Assembly (NCBI GenBank): GCA_963823925.1
Contig: CAWGNI010000001.1
Span: 19,608 to 83,607, forward strand
Source of the DNA: an uncultured Chloroflexia bacterium
GTDB lineage: Bacteria > Chloroflexota > Limnocylindria > Limnocylindrales > CSP1-4
DNA length: 64,000 bases
Direction: 5' to 3'
Below the pieces are notes generated by a model. It did no database searches. It saw only the letters and a program-made list of their open reading frames with translations, and had not been told where the DNA came from. The position numbers were made by a program, and so were the translations under genes. Below, in pieces: positions 9,149 through 20,644 of the stretch (positions are counted from its first letter, which is position 1; each line of letters opens with the position of its first letter).

Positions 9149-11104
9149 ATGCCGACGCCACCGACGACACCATCGCCGAACCTCACCATCGAAGGCATCG
9201 TCGCGATCGCCAGCCCGAGCGAATTCCGGGTCCATCCGCGCGATCGTGTCGTGGCCTACACGGCAGAGGCATCGGGAGCACGCCAGGTCTTCTCGCTCGG
9301 GCTCCGGGGCGGGACGGCTCGCCAGATCACGGCATCGGAGAAGCCGGTGAGCGACCCGCAGTGGTCCCCGGACGGACGCCGCCTCGCGTTCGAGCGCGAC
9401 GACGAGATCTGGGTCGTGGAGGCGGACGGATCCCGGCTGACCCGTGTCGTCGCCAGGCCCGGCAGCGGCAGCGGTGCCCGCTGGTCGCCGGACGGACATC
9501 GGCTCGCCTTCCTCTCGCGCCGCCGGGGCTGGGGTCAGGTCTGGCTCATCGATGCTCCGGTCCCTCGTCGGGGTCGGCCGGCCAACGAACCCAAGCCGCC
9601 TCGGCCGACCGTCGTGAGTCAGACCGGCGTCGACGTGGAAGCCTTCGAATGGGCGCCCGACGGGACTCGGATCGCCGCCATGGGCTGGTTCGGCCCGCGA
9701 AACGACGAGGCATCCCAGATCGCGGTGATCGATGTCGCCACCGGCGACACGCGCATCGTCGCCGGGACCGACAGCGTCGACGTGGGGGCGAGATGGCTGC
9801 CGGATGGATCGCTGCTGTTCGCGTCCGACGCCGACGGCTGGTTCCAGATCGTCCGGCTGACCGCCGATGGTCACGACCGAGTCGTCCTGACCACGGGTCC
9901 GCGTGAGCATGGCGATCCGAGGCTCAAGCTCGGATCGCCCCCGCTGCCCTCGCCCGACGGAGGTCATTTCGTATACGTGGAGGTCCATGACGGCCTGCGT
10001 GACCTCATCGTCGGCGACCTGAGTGCCGCCGCGCCGCCGAAACGTGGTCGCGGGCGGCCACCGAAGACACCGCGCATCGTGACGGCGGCCGCGGCCGGTC
10101 GACGGCTCAATCCCTGGGACGGTGTCTGGACCGCGGTCGGCTGGCTGGCCGACGGTGCGTGGATCGCCGCCACCGGCCAGCGAGCCACGTCGCCCGAGGA
10201 CCTGTGGCTGCTGCCGGTCCCCGGCGTGGCACCGGACGACGCCCGACCACGTCAGGTGACCGACTCGATGCCCATCGTGCTCCGCGACGCATTTTCCGAC
10301 TCGCGGATCCCGACCGCCGAGCGGATCGTCGTCACGGCCCGCGATGGCCTGCGCGTCGAGGGGACCCTCTGGCGGCCGCATCACGCCACCGGCCGACGTG
10401 GCGGCACGCGGGTCCCGACGATCATCTGTCCGCACGGCGGGCCGACCGCTCAGTCGCTGCGAAGCTTCCAGCCATTCAAGCAACTGCTCGTGGCCGAGGG
10501 GTTCGCCTTCTTCGACGTCGACTTCCGCGGGTCGACCGGGTACGGCCGAGCGTTCCGGGTCGCGAACGAGGGCGAGTGGGGGCATGCCGATGTCCATGAC
10601 CTCATCGACGCGGCTCGGTGGGCGGCCGACCAACCCTGGTCCGACGGGAAGCTCGCGATCTACGGCGGGTCGTACGGTGGATACATGGTCCTCTGCGCCC
10701 TCGTCGAGGAGCCGTCGATGTGGTCCGCCGGCGTCGACCTGTTCGGCGACTCGGAGATCGCGGAAAGCTATCGGCATGGGGATCGTCCTGGTCGGCTCGA
10801 CCTGGACAAGATGATGGGATCACCCGACGATCCCGGACGCGACGATGCCTATCGGCAAGGGTCGCCGGTCTATCGCGCCGAGCGCATCGAGGCTCCGCTG
10901 CTGATCCTCCACGGGCGCAAGGACAGGCGGGTCGTGCCGCTCATGACGGAACGGATGGTCGAAGCGCTCGAGATCGAGAACAAGCCGTATGAAGTGCACT
11001 GGTACGAGGAAGAGGCGCACGGCTGGGAGCGGCGAGAGAACCGACGGGACGCCTTCGAACGCACCCTCGCCTTCCTCAAGACCCACGTCCTGGATGCGAC
11101 CTGA
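9149..11104 (+). CDS. S9-family serine peptidase (prolyl oligopeptidase / acylaminoacyl-peptidase type) with N-terminal beta-propeller
   Basis: Internal ATG of ORF 8948..11104. Repeats of WSPDGRRLAF type, nucleophile elbow GGSYGGYM, and a C-terminal D...H (EEEAHGW). Confidence 0.9.
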   Translation: MPTPPTTPSPNLTIEGIVAIASPSEFRVHPRDRVVAYTAEASGARQVFSLGLRGGTARQITASEKPVSDPQWSPDGRRLAFERDDEIWVVEADGSRLTRVVARPGSGSGARWSPDGHRLAFLSRRRGWGQVWLIDAPVPRRGRPANEPKPPRPTVVSQTGVDVEAFEWAPDGTRIAAMGWFGPRNDEASQIAVIDVATGDTRIVAGTDSVDVGARWLPDGSLLFASDADGWFQIVRLTADGHDRVVLTTGPREHGDPRLKLGSPPLPSPDGGHFVYVEVHDGLRDLIVGDLSAAAPPKRGRGRPPKTPRIVTAAAAGRRLNPWDGVWTAVGWLADGAWIAATGQRATSPEDLWLLPVPGVAPDDARPRQVTDSMPIVLRDAFSDSRIPTAERIVVTARDGLRVEGTLWRPHHATGRRGGTRVPTIICPHGGPTAQSLRSFQPFKQLLVAEGFAFFDVDFRGSTGYGRAFRVANEGEWGHADVHDLIDAARWAADQPWSDGKLAIYGGSYGGYMVLCALVEEPSMWSAGVDLFGDSEIAESYRHGDRPGRLDLDKMMGSPDDPGRDDAYRQGSPVYRAERIEAPLLILHGRKDRRVVPLMTERMVEALEIENKPYEVHWYEEEAHGWERRENRRDAFERTLAFLKTHVLDAT

Positions 11105-11126
11105 CGGTCGCTAGACTCCCGCTCGC

Positions 11127-11687
11127 TCAGGGCGCGCTGCCGATGGATCCCGCCTCCGACGCACCGGGGCGGGCCGGCCTGCGCATGGCGAGCGCGATCG
11201 TGACCGCGACGCCGGTCCCGATGAGGAGGTCGCCGATGCTGAACACGTTGGCCGCCGGCACCCAGGCCGGCATGGCGAAGATATCGGTGAGGAGCCGGAG
11301 GGATGGATCGGGCAGGACGACGCTGTTGACATAGCCCGATGGGTCGAGCCCGACGGACGCGAACGCATCCGGGTCGGCCGGCATGTAGCCCTCGTTCGCG
11401 ATGATCGCTGCAAGGTTGCAGGCTGCCCCGATCGCTGCCAGGACGAGCCCAGGGACGCGGACGTTGCGGAGGACCGCGGCGAAGACCAGCAGGTTGGATC
11501 CGACGTAGATCGCCGGAGCGGCGTCCCCGAGCCGCGACCCGAGGTCCGAGAACAGGATGACCTGGACGAGCAGGCCGACGAGCGCCAGTGGGACCCACCG
11601 GAGTTGCAGCTCGGCCAGCCGCGTCAGGCGGCCACCCAGCAGGTACCCGGCGGCGATCCCGATCGGGATGGCGTACAGGATGAACAT
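11127..11687 (-). CDS. Polytopic membrane protein of unknown function (DUF5317-like, from memory)
   Basis: 186 aa, 5-6 hydrophobic segments, high GC3. Confidence 0.6.
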   Translation of the reverse strand: MFILYAIPIGIAAGYLLGGRLTRLAELQLRWVPLALVGLLVQVILFSDLGSRLGDAAPAIYVGSNLLVFAAVLRNVRVPGLVLAAIGAACNLAAIIANEGYMPADPDAFASVGLDPSGYVNSVVLPDPSLRLLTDIFAMPAWVPAANVFSIGDLLIGTGVAVTIALAMRRPARPGASEAGSIGSAP

Positions 11688-11700
11688 CTCGGACCCGCGG

Positions 11701-12204
11701 TCAGTCGGTCGGCGGTCGATCGGCGAGCAAGGTCTCGATCTGAACGACGTGCTCCGCGAGGTGGCTGGCGATGAACCGGTCCGGCATGGCCCCGACGGTC
11801 ATCTCGCCGGCTCTCGGGTGGAGACCCCGTTTCGCAAGGTCGACGGCCGTCAGGCTCGCCAATCGTCGTTCGAGCAGCCCGAGATCGTTCAGGATGCGGT
11901 CGTAGAGCGCTGCGGGCGGTAGCGTCCGATCGCGCCCGAGGATGGCGATCCTCACGGTGTCCGTGGCGACCCGCCCGAACGGCACGGGTTCAGGCGAGCC
12001 CGCCAGGACTCGCTCCATCTCACCCAGCCAGAAGGGCACCATCTCGGCAACATGGGCGAGTACTTCGGGCGGGCCCCAATGCGCTTCGTCCGAGTGATCG
12101 AAGACGGGGGCCAGTGGCCATGGAGCCGCAGCTTCGACGGCTGGGCGGGTCCCCTCGAGTCCGATCCGCGCCGACCGGACACGGGCCAGCAATTCGTCGT
12201 TCAT
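11701..12204 (-). CDS. DinB-family protein
   Basis: Internal ATG of ORF 11701..12600. 167 aa with spaced His motifs (EAHWGPPEVLAHVAEM, FIASHLAEHVVQIE) typical of the DinB/YfiT four-helix fold. Confidence 0.7.
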   Translation of the reverse strand: MNDELLARVRSARIGLEGTRPAVEAAAPWPLAPVFDHSDEAHWGPPEVLAHVAEMVPFWLGEMERVLAGSPEPVPFGRVATDTVRIAILGRDRTLPPAALYDRILNDLGLLERRLASLTAVDLAKRGLHPRAGEMTVGAMPDRFIASHLAEHVVQIETLLADRPPTD

Positions 12205-12276
12205 GGCCCCAGTGTCGCACGCCGGGCGTAGCATGGGAGACCACCTACGACCCGCCCGATCGCCAGGGAGACTTCG

Positions 12277-13445
<1,169 letters not shown>

Positions 13446-13632
13446 GCCGAGAAGCGTCACCGAGACGGTGGCGTCGTGGCCGCACCCGTGGCCCGGTTCC
13501 TCAGGACCGACGATCTGATCCTGTTGCCCGGCGGATGAGCCCGCAGAGGTCCAGATCGCCGAATCGCACCACAGCGCCAGATCCGTGTTCGGTACCATCC
13601 CCGCCAGAACACGTCGGGAAGGGAGGGATCTG

Positions 13633-14127
13633 GTGGAGTTCTACCCGTGGATCGTGCTCGGGCACGTCGTCCTCATCATCCTCGCGCTCGGAGCCCACGG
13701 GGTGTCGGCGTTCGCGATGTTCCGTGCGCGGACCGAGACGGATCGAGGGCGCCTCGGAGCGATCCTCGACCTGTCCGCCTCGACGCTGGAGGTGGCAGGC
13801 TGGGGCCTGCTCATCGGTGTGATCCTCGGCATCGTCGCGGCGGTGATCGGCGGCCATTTCGGGCGGGCCTGGCCATGGGCGGCGATCGTCGTGGTCGTCG
13901 TCGTGTTCGGGGCGATGACTCCGCTCGCGGCGAATCCGATGTCCGGCGTGCGCAAGGCGTTGGGTATGACCGTGCGCGGCGACAAGGCAGGGGATCCCCC
14001 ACGGCAGCCGGCTACGGACGAAGGATTGGCCCAGGCGCAGGCTGCTCTGCATCCGACACTCGTCGCGATGGTCGGGGTCGCCGGGATCGTCATCCTCGTC
14101 TGGCTGATGGAGGCCAAGCCGTTCTGA
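13633..14127 (+). CDS. Membrane protein, 4 TM, unknown function
   Basis: GTG inside ORF 13585..14127, preceded by GGGAGGGA. Hydrophobic helices; no family recognised. Confidence 0.55.
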   Translation: MEFYPWIVLGHVVLIILALGAHGVSAFAMFRARTETDRGRLGAILDLSASTLEVAGWGLLIGVILGIVAAVIGGHFGRAWPWAAIVVVVVVFGAMTPLAANPMSGVRKALGMTVRGDKAGDPPRQPATDEGLAQAQAALHPTLVAMVGVAGIVILVWLMEAKPF

Positions 14128-14163
14128 GGCGCGTCGTAGGCTGCCGCGGATAGACTCATCGAC

Positions 14164-15185
14164 GTGAAGATCGCTCATGTGCGTGAACGTCACGCGCCGG
14201 CCGGTGCACCCTGGCGTCTTGCTGCCGCGCTCCACGGCGGGGGATCGCCGACCGACTGGCTGGACCTCGAGGTCGCGCGACGCCGTGCCGTCGCCGATCG
14301 GCCGGTCCTGGCGCACGATTCGGTCCTGTTCAGGCGGCCGATCTCGACGCTCGATGAGCATCTCGGGCGAGGACTTCGCATCGAGGTCCTCCGTGACCTG
14401 ATCGACGGCTGGGAGTCACGCAGCGAGGGGGACGATCCAGCCGTCCTGCCGACGGCCGATCTCGATTTCGGACCACCGGTGTTGCGACCCGCCCTCGATC
14501 CGGGACTTCTACGCCTTCGAGGGTCATGTCCGGACGATGTGGGAGCGTCGCGGTGGGGACGTCCCCGAGGCGTGGTATCGCCTGCCGGTCTTCTACTTCA
14601 GCAACGTCTCCGAGGTCCGGGGTCAGGCGAAGCCGGTCTGGTGTCCGGCCGCATCGCACGAACTCGATTACGAACTCGAGGTCGCGGCCCTGGTCGATAC
14701 GCCGGCGGTCGATCTCGACGGCGGACCGAGGCGAGGAGGCGGTCGGCGGCTACATGATCTTCAACGACTGGTCGGCTCGGGACCTCCAGCGGGACGAGAC
14801 GGCCGTCCGCCTCGGACCGGCAAAGGGCAAGGATTTCGCGAGTTCGTTCGGACCCTGGCTGGTGACCCCGGATGAGCTGGCCGACGTCCGGAAGGGGACC
14901 GGCTTCGACCTGGCCATGACCGCCGAGGTCAACGGCGAAGAGACGAGTCGAGGGCGCTGGTCGGACGCGCAATTCTCATTCGGGGCGATGCTCGCTCGTG
15001 CATCGGCAGATGCTCGGCTCCGTCCAGGCGACCTCATCGGCAGTGGGACCGTCGGGACTGGTTGCCTGCTCGAGGTCCGTGACGCGACGATCGGGCGATA
15101 CCTCGAACCGGGCGATGAGGTCGTCCTGCGAATCGAGCGTCTTGGCGCCTTGCGCACGCCGATCGTTGCCCACCCGCGAGGATGA
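14164..15185 (+). pseudogene. Fumarylacetoacetate hydrolase (FAH) family protein, two frame disruptions (about 14500 and 14722)
   Basis: Three frames are needed. ORF 14164.. reads to ...DLDFGPPVLRPA. The ORF 14537 frame reads RDFYAFEGHVRTMWERRGGDVPEAWYRLPVFYFSN...HELDYELEVAALV. The ORF 14526..15185 frame reads EEAVGGYMIFNDWSARDLQ...GPAKGKDF...GDLIGSGTVG. Each shift is one extra base. Confidence 0.85.
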
Positions 15186-15683
15186 TCTCGATCGAGCCGA
15201 TGCGTATCGGACCACTGGCCGGCCGTCCATCGGATCTACGCGGAAGGCATCGCGACCGGCGATGCGACGCTCGAGCGGGAGGCACCCGACTGGACTCACT
15301 TCGACCACGGTCACCCGCCGGAGTGTCGTCTCGTTGCCACCACGGGTCCGGGCGGTCCGGTCGTGGGCTGGGCGACCTTGAGCCACTACTCGGCGAGGGC
15401 CGTCTACCGCGGAGTGGCATGGGAGAGCGTGTATGTCGCTGAAGAAGCACGGGGCCGAGGCGTGGGCCGGGCGTTGCTCGACGCGCTCATCCCGGCTTCC
15501 GAGCAGTCCGGATACTGGACCCTCATGGCCGGGATCCTCACCGAGAATGCGGCCAGTCTCGCGCTCCATCGCCGCGCCGGTTTTCGACGGATCGGCGTTC
15601 AGCGACGTCTCGGCCAGGACGTCCGGGGACGCTGGCGTGACGTGATACTGCTCGAACGGCGGAGCGGACTCGTCGGTCGCTGA
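15182..15683 (+). pseudogene. GNAT acetyltransferase (phosphinothricin-acetyltransferase-like), frame-disrupted near 15214
   Basis: ATGA overlap with the FAH gene. MISIEPMRIGP (ORF 15182) continues in the frame of ORF 15363..15683 as WPAVHRIYAEGIATGDATLE...VVGWATLSHYSARAVYRGVAWESVYV...RGRGVGRALL. Confidence 0.8.
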
Positions 15684-15691
15684 GGCCCGGC

Positions 15692-16285
15692 CTATCGCGA
15701 CGGACAGTCGGTCTTGACCGTGATCCAGGCCTGTTCGACCTCGGGGAACCGATCAACCGCGGTCGATCCGCCGAGGGTCTGCTGGGCGGTGCCCTGCACG
15801 CCGACGACAGGGGGACAACCGATCGCCTGCAGGGCGATGGTCAGGGTGATGACGTTGCCGGACAATTCTGCGGTTCCGGGGAACTGCCCGGCCTCGATGC
15901 GCGCCCCGGTCCGGCGGTCCTCGAGGACGGGCACGAAGCCGCCGCCGGGGACAGCCTCGAGGGCGCCGATCCGATCCGCTTCGCCATCCCCGTCGAGATC
16001 GAGCAGGAATTGATAACGCAGCTGACCGACATTCGGCGTGCCGGTCGGTACGGCTGCCGAAACAGACATCGAAACAGCGATCGACTCGCCGCTGGGACGA
16101 GCCGTCAGGTCGACGATGTCGATGTATCCGGGGACCGCATCCGACGTCGGTGTCACGCCGTCAACCGATCCCGATGGATGGGGCGCAGGCTCCTCGACCG
16201 ACGGACCCGTCGATGGGTTGCCTGCCGACGAGCAGGCTGCGACGGTCCCGATCGCGAGGATACCGGCGACGAGCGTCTGCCACAT
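15692..16285 (-). CDS. Lipoprotein of unknown function
   Basis: MWQTLVAGILAIGTVAACSS carries a lipobox. 197 aa. Lies directly downstream of, and co-directional with, the 1312-aa secreted protein. Confidence 0.65.
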   Translation of the reverse strand: MWQTLVAGILAIGTVAACSSAGNPSTGPSVEEPAPHPSGSVDGVTPTSDAVPGYIDIVDLTARPSGESIAVSMSVSAAVPTGTPNVGQLRYQFLLDLDGDGEADRIGALEAVPGGGFVPVLEDRRTGARIEAGQFPGTAELSGNVITLTIALQAIGCPPVVGVQGTAQQTLGGSTAVDRFPEVEQAWITVKTDCPSR

Positions 16286-16356
16286 GGAACGGTCTCGCGA
16301 GATGAAGCTGCACCCTCGGTCGCGGTACGGCCGAGGGTGCAGACGGGTGCGGACGG

Positions 16357-19300
16357 CTACGAGCCGAAATACGTGAACACGCGGGTCATCAGCTCGGTCT
16401 TCTGGTCGGCCGATCCGTAGGCCTCGAACGGGAAGGCGAGGAAGACGACCTTGTACGGTCCGTCGCTGACGGACAGGGCATCCGGCTCGGTCGCGTCATC
16501 GGTGAAGGCCGCCTGCGCGGGAGCGATCGGGGTTATCTGGTCGGAGTACTCCGCTCCGAACAGGATGGAGAAGTCGAGCGGGATCGTTCCGAGCCCGTCC
16601 GTGACGGGATTGCCCGCGACGCCGGTCACGTTGTCGGTCGCGACGTCGTTCTGGGCCTCGGAGCCGTCCCAATCGACATGCAGGTAGTCCTGGACGAAAG
16701 CAGTCGTCCCGGCCGTCTGGTCAAGGATGTCCTGACCGGACAGGAATAGCCGCCCGCCACCATCGAGGAAGGAGGCGAGATCGGCTTCGTAGAGGCCGAT
16801 CGGATCCGGGTATGAATTGCCGGTGAACCAGACGATGTTCGTGTGCGCCTTCATGTACCCGATCGGCAGGACCGGATCGGTCGCGAGGTCCCACACATCG
16901 AATGCCTGTCCAGCCGCGGTCAGCGCGTCCGTGTAGTAGGACAGGACATCCGGGATGTCCCCATCGTTGTCGACGACCAGCGTCGCGACCGCGACCGCGA
17001 TCGTCGTCGCCGATGCCGTCGCGCTCACGGTCGGGTCTCCGGTCGACACGGCGGCCAATGAGGCGACGTCGGAGGCTGCGTTGGCCGTCCCGTCGGGGAC
17101 ATCGACCTTGAGGCAGACCTCCACTGTCGCGCCGCTGGCGACGCTGACCGAATCGAGTGGCGAACCGCAGCCGGCATCGAGCACGACCGCGGGGAACGTA
17201 CCCGACGTCGCGCTGACCGTATAGGTGTCGTCGTTGGCGCCGAGATTCGTGACGAAGAACGGATAGGTGACCGACGCTCCGACGGCGGCGCCATCGGTCT
17301 GCGCGGTCGGTTCGATAGTCACGGCGTACGACGGGGCGATCGGCGTGCTATGGGCACTGCCGGTGGTGCCGATGCCCGACGCGGAGGTCACGGTGAGGCC
17401 GTCATCGACGATCTCCCCGACCTTCCTGGGCAGGTTCGACGTGATCCGGACACTGAAGTGGACATCGATGCTTTCGCCGGCCGGGACAGTCAGCCCGGTC
17501 CACCTGACCGTGCCCTTGCTCAGGTGCCCGCCGTCGCCTGCCGTCCAGAAGCTGGTGCGCGCAGGGATCGGATCGCTGATCGTGACGCCGGTCGCGTCGG
17601 CGTTGCCGACGTTGTACAGGGTGATGGTGTAGTCGACGAGACTGCCAGGCCCGACCGGCTTCCCGGAATCGGACTTGCTCACGGCGAATGCCGGGACGTC
17701 GGCATCGTCATGCATGGTCCATGCGCCGCGACCATGGGTCCCGGCAGCAAGGTTCCGGTTGGCGGGATCAAGGTTGAGCTGCCAGATCTGGACGCTCGGG
17801 AAGCCACTTCCGAGGGCCTGCCAGCTGGCGCCGCCGTTGTAGGTCACGAACGGCCCGACGTCGGTCCCGGCGTAGATCGTGCTCGGATAACTCGCGTCCA
17901 GCTGGAGCGAGTTCACGGGGGCATCTGGCAGGTTCGAACTGATGTCGGCCCACTTCGTGCCGCCATCGGTCGTCTTGAACACGTGACCGGGCCGGGATGG
18001 CGTCGCCAGGTTGAACCCGTTGAAGGCGACGTACGCGATCCGATCGTTCGAGCGGTCGACGGCGATATCCGCGACCGGCCGGTTCGGGAAGATCTTGGTG
18101 CCGACGCGCTTCCAGGTCGGGTCCGCGCTGCTGACGGCGTCGGGGCTGAACTGGACCCAGCCTTCGAGGGTGCCGACGTACACGCCGTCCCCACCGCCGG
18201 ACACGCCGATGGCACTGATGTCGCAGCCACGTGCCCCGTTCGGGGCTGTTCCCGTGCAGCCGGATGTGAGATCGCCACTGATCGTGTTCCAGTGGACGTC
18301 GGACGCGTTCGCTGCCTTGGCGTTGTCCGTTCGATAGAGTCGATAGGTTCCGAGGAAGAGTTGATCGGGATTCAGCTGGTTCATGACCTCGGGAACGTAG
18401 AACTCCGAGCGGTCGCTCAGGTTCAGCCCACCCGTGATGTACGCATTCGAGAAGAACTGCGCCCCGCCATCGGTGTTTCGATACGGGCTGATGCCGTAGT
18501 AGTTGCCGTATACGTACGAGTAGTCATTCGGGTCGACGAGGACCTGCCCGCCGTCCCCACTCTCGACGTCGAACCACGTGGAGCTCACGGTCGACTTGCG
18601 CATCGTGCCGTTGTCCTGGGTGCCTCCCCAGACCCGGTCCGGAAGCGTGGGGTTGTTGGCGATGCTGGTGAATTGCGTGATGGCCAGGCCGGTTCGGTGC
18701 GTCACCCCGGCCGTGTTCGGGTTCACGGTCCCGTTGAGGTTCTCCCAGTCATTTGCGTCCAGCGGATCGGTGGGGCCGTTGCGGCCGCCGCGGTCGCCGG
18801 ACGCCCAGACGCCACCGTCATTGCCGACCATGACCTGGTTCGTGTCGGCCGGGTTGATGGCGATCGCGTGATAGTCCGGATGGAGGTCGTACCCAAGGTC
18901 CTTCCAGGTCTGGCCGCCATCCGTCGAGCGGAACACGCCGCCCGATCCCGTTCCGTAGTTGAACAGGCCAAGGGCATAGACGATGTTCGAGTCGTTCGGG
19001 TCGACGCCGATCAGGTTGTCGTAGAAGCATTGGCCACCGCAATAGCCGGAGATGTTGTCGGGGTTGCCTGCCGGGCCGGCCGGCAGAAGATCCCATGGCC
19101 CGCCGTCGATGGACTTCCAGATCCGCGACGGCTTGTTGCTGCCACCTACGGTCCATTCGAAGCCGGCATAGAGGACGGCGCTCTCGCCGTCAGGGTGCGA
19201 GATGCCGAGCGCGAAGCGGGTGCCCCCGCCGGTCCCGAATGTCGCATCCGCCGGGATCCCGGCCATGAACTTGTGCCATGTCTGGCCATGATCGGTCGAC

Positions 19301-20295
19301 TGATAGATGGCATCGGACCAGAACGCCGCATACAGGATGTCGGGTGAGCCAGGATCCTGGACCAGGTCCGTCGGGCCTGTCTGTTCGGTCGCCGACTTGC
19401 GGAGCGTCCAGGTCGTTCCGCCGTTCTGCGACTCCCAGATGCCGTACGTCGAGGGGTCCGGTGGCGTCTGCCGCCGGCTGCCCGCGCGTCCGCGAAGGAC
19501 GGCGGCCCAAAGCCGGTTCGGATCCGCCTGGTCGACGACGATCTTCGAGATCGACACGCCCTGGAAGGTCGACCCGCCGACCGGGGCCCAGTGCATCCCG
19601 CCATCGGTCGACTTGAGGACGCCCGCGCCGAAGTAGCTGTCGCCGGACAGGTTGCCTTCGCCGGTCCCCGCATACACGATCGTGTCGTCCGACGGCGCGA
19701 TCGCCAGGGCGCCGATCGACAGCGTCGGGCTGTCATCCGTGCGTGAGGTCCAGGTCCCGCTGGTCTCGTCATAGGTCCAGATCCCGCCCTGGGCGCCACC
19801 GAGGATCTTCTGGCCGTTGCTCGGGCGGATGGCGAGTGCGCTCACTCGCCCGGTGACGGCGTAGAAGCTGTAGCTACCGCGAGTCACCTGGACGATCGGG
19901 TTCGGGCTGATCTCGGTCCAGGGTCCGGTGTACGTCGGAGGTGAGACAGGGGTTCCCTTCTTCAGCTTCTTGGCGGCCTTATTTGCCGCCGCACGAAGCT
20001 GCCCGGCCTGCTTGACCGAAAGGACGGCGTCGCCGGCCGTCCGTCCGCTGATGAACGCGTCGTTCTGCTTGAGGACCTCTTCGTCGTCCTCGCCGGCGTC
20101 CTCGCCGGGCAGCCGGATCCGGCTTTGCCTGGCCCGCGACGGTGTGACCTCTGGGTCGCCCGATGATGCCGCCGCTCCGCCGCCGAGCGGTTGCTGGGCC
20201 AGCAGGGTGGCCGGCATCGACGCCAGCATGAGCGCGGTGCTGAAACACAGGACGAGCGCGCGTCGGAGCGCAGACGAAGCCACTGGACGTCGCAT
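16357..20295 (-). CDS. Large secreted multidomain protein: BNR/Asp-box (sortilin/VPS10-like) beta-propeller repeats, DUF11-type repeat, C-terminal domain of unknown function
   Basis: ATG 20295 inside ORF 16357..20358, preceded by GAGGAGGG. Signal peptide MRRPVASSALRRALVLCFSTALMLASMPATLLA. At least 7 Asp-boxes (STDGGMHWAP, SQNGGTTWTL, STDHGQTWHK, STDGGQTWKD, TTDGGTKWAD, YNGGASWQA...). Also LVDYTITLYNVGNADATGVTISDPIP. The 3.9-kb frame is uninterrupted. Confidence 0.85.
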   Translation of the reverse strand: MRRPVASSALRRALVLCFSTALMLASMPATLLAQQPLGGGAAASSGDPEVTPSRARQSRIRLPGEDAGEDDEEVLKQNDAFISGRTAGDAVLSVKQAGQLRAAANKAAKKLKKGTPVSPPTYTGPWTEISPNPIVQVTRGSYSFYAVTGRVSALAIRPSNGQKILGGAQGGIWTYDETSGTWTSRTDDSPTLSIGALAIAPSDDTIVYAGTGEGNLSGDSYFGAGVLKSTDGGMHWAPVGGSTFQGVSISKIVVDQADPNRLWAAVLRGRAGSRRQTPPDPSTYGIWESQNGGTTWTLRKSATEQTGPTDLVQDPGSPDILYAAFWSDAIYQSTDHGQTWHKFMAGIPADATFGTGGGTRFALGISHPDGESAVLYAGFEWTVGGSNKPSRIWKSIDGGPWDLLPAGPAGNPDNISGYCGGQCFYDNLIGVDPNDSNIVYALGLFNYGTGSGGVFRSTDGGQTWKDLGYDLHPDYHAIAINPADTNQVMVGNDGGVWASGDRGGRNGPTDPLDANDWENLNGTVNPNTAGVTHRTGLAITQFTSIANNPTLPDRVWGGTQDNGTMRKSTVSSTWFDVESGDGGQVLVDPNDYSYVYGNYYGISPYRNTDGGAQFFSNAYITGGLNLSDRSEFYVPEVMNQLNPDQLFLGTYRLYRTDNAKAANASDVHWNTISGDLTSGCTGTAPNGARGCDISAIGVSGGGDGVYVGTLEGWVQFSPDAVSSADPTWKRVGTKIFPNRPVADIAVDRSNDRIAYVAFNGFNLATPSRPGHVFKTTDGGTKWADISSNLPDAPVNSLQLDASYPSTIYAGTDVGPFVTYNGGASWQALGSGFPSVQIWQLNLDPANRNLAAGTHGRGAWTMHDDADVPAFAVSKSDSGKPVGPGSLVDYTITLYNVGNADATGVTISDPIPARTSFWTAGDGGHLSKGTVRWTGLTVPAGESIDVHFSVRITSNLPRKVGEIVDDGLTVTSASGIGTTGSAHSTPIAPSYAVTIEPTAQTDGAAVGASVTYPFFVTNLGANDDTYTVSATSGTFPAVVLDAGCGSPLDSVSVASGATVEVCLKVDVPDGTANAASDVASLAAVSTGDPTVSATASATTIAVAVATLVVDNDGDIPDVLSYYTDALTAAGQAFDVWDLATDPVLPIGYMKAHTNIVWFTGNSYPDPIGLYEADLASFLDGGGRLFLSGQDILDQTAGTTAFVQDYLHVDWDGSEAQNDVATDNVTGVAGNPVTDGLGTIPLDFSILFGAEYSDQITPIAPAQAAFTDDATEPDALSVSDGPYKVVFLAFPFEAYGSADQKTELMTRVFTYFGS

Positions 20296-20542
20296 AACAG
20301 GTCGACCCTCCTCATGAGACCGATGGGACGCGATGATCGCCGGGCGCCTCCGCGGCATAGGGGTACCGCTGGGGCGGCCGGGTGGGTTCCCGGATTATGT
20401 GCCGGTGGACACCTGCGAGTCTATCGTCTGCGCCGCGCGATCTGGTCACGCGGTGCCAGAGCGCACCACCAAATTGCCGGAGCGATCGCCTGCTGTCGTC
20501 GTCTGGGGCGAGCTGACTGCGGGTTGAACCCAGGGAACATGA

Positions 20543-20571
20543 CGGACGCCCCGGCGTTGCCGGGGCGTCCG
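20543..20571 (-). terminator. Stem-loop (13-bp perfect stem, 3-nt loop) downstream of the subtilase gene
   Basis: CGGACGCCCCGGC-gtt-GCCGGGGCGTCCG, about 75 nt after the subtilase stop at 20645. The U-tract on the minus strand is weak. Confidence 0.45.
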
Positions 20572-20644
20572 TGCTGCTCAGTGGCGATCGGTGCATGGCC
20601 GAGCGGCCCCGGGGTCCGGGAACCGCTCAGCTCGCGCTAGATCA

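Noticed and set aside
8936-10777. 613-aa minus-strand ORF
   Set aside because: Antisense to the S9 peptidase, which has a GxSxG nucleophile and propeller repeats.
17350-19347. 665-aa plus-strand ORF inside the BNR protein gene
   Set aside because: Antisense shadow. The minus frame carries repeated Asp-box motifs and a signal peptide, whereas this frame has none.
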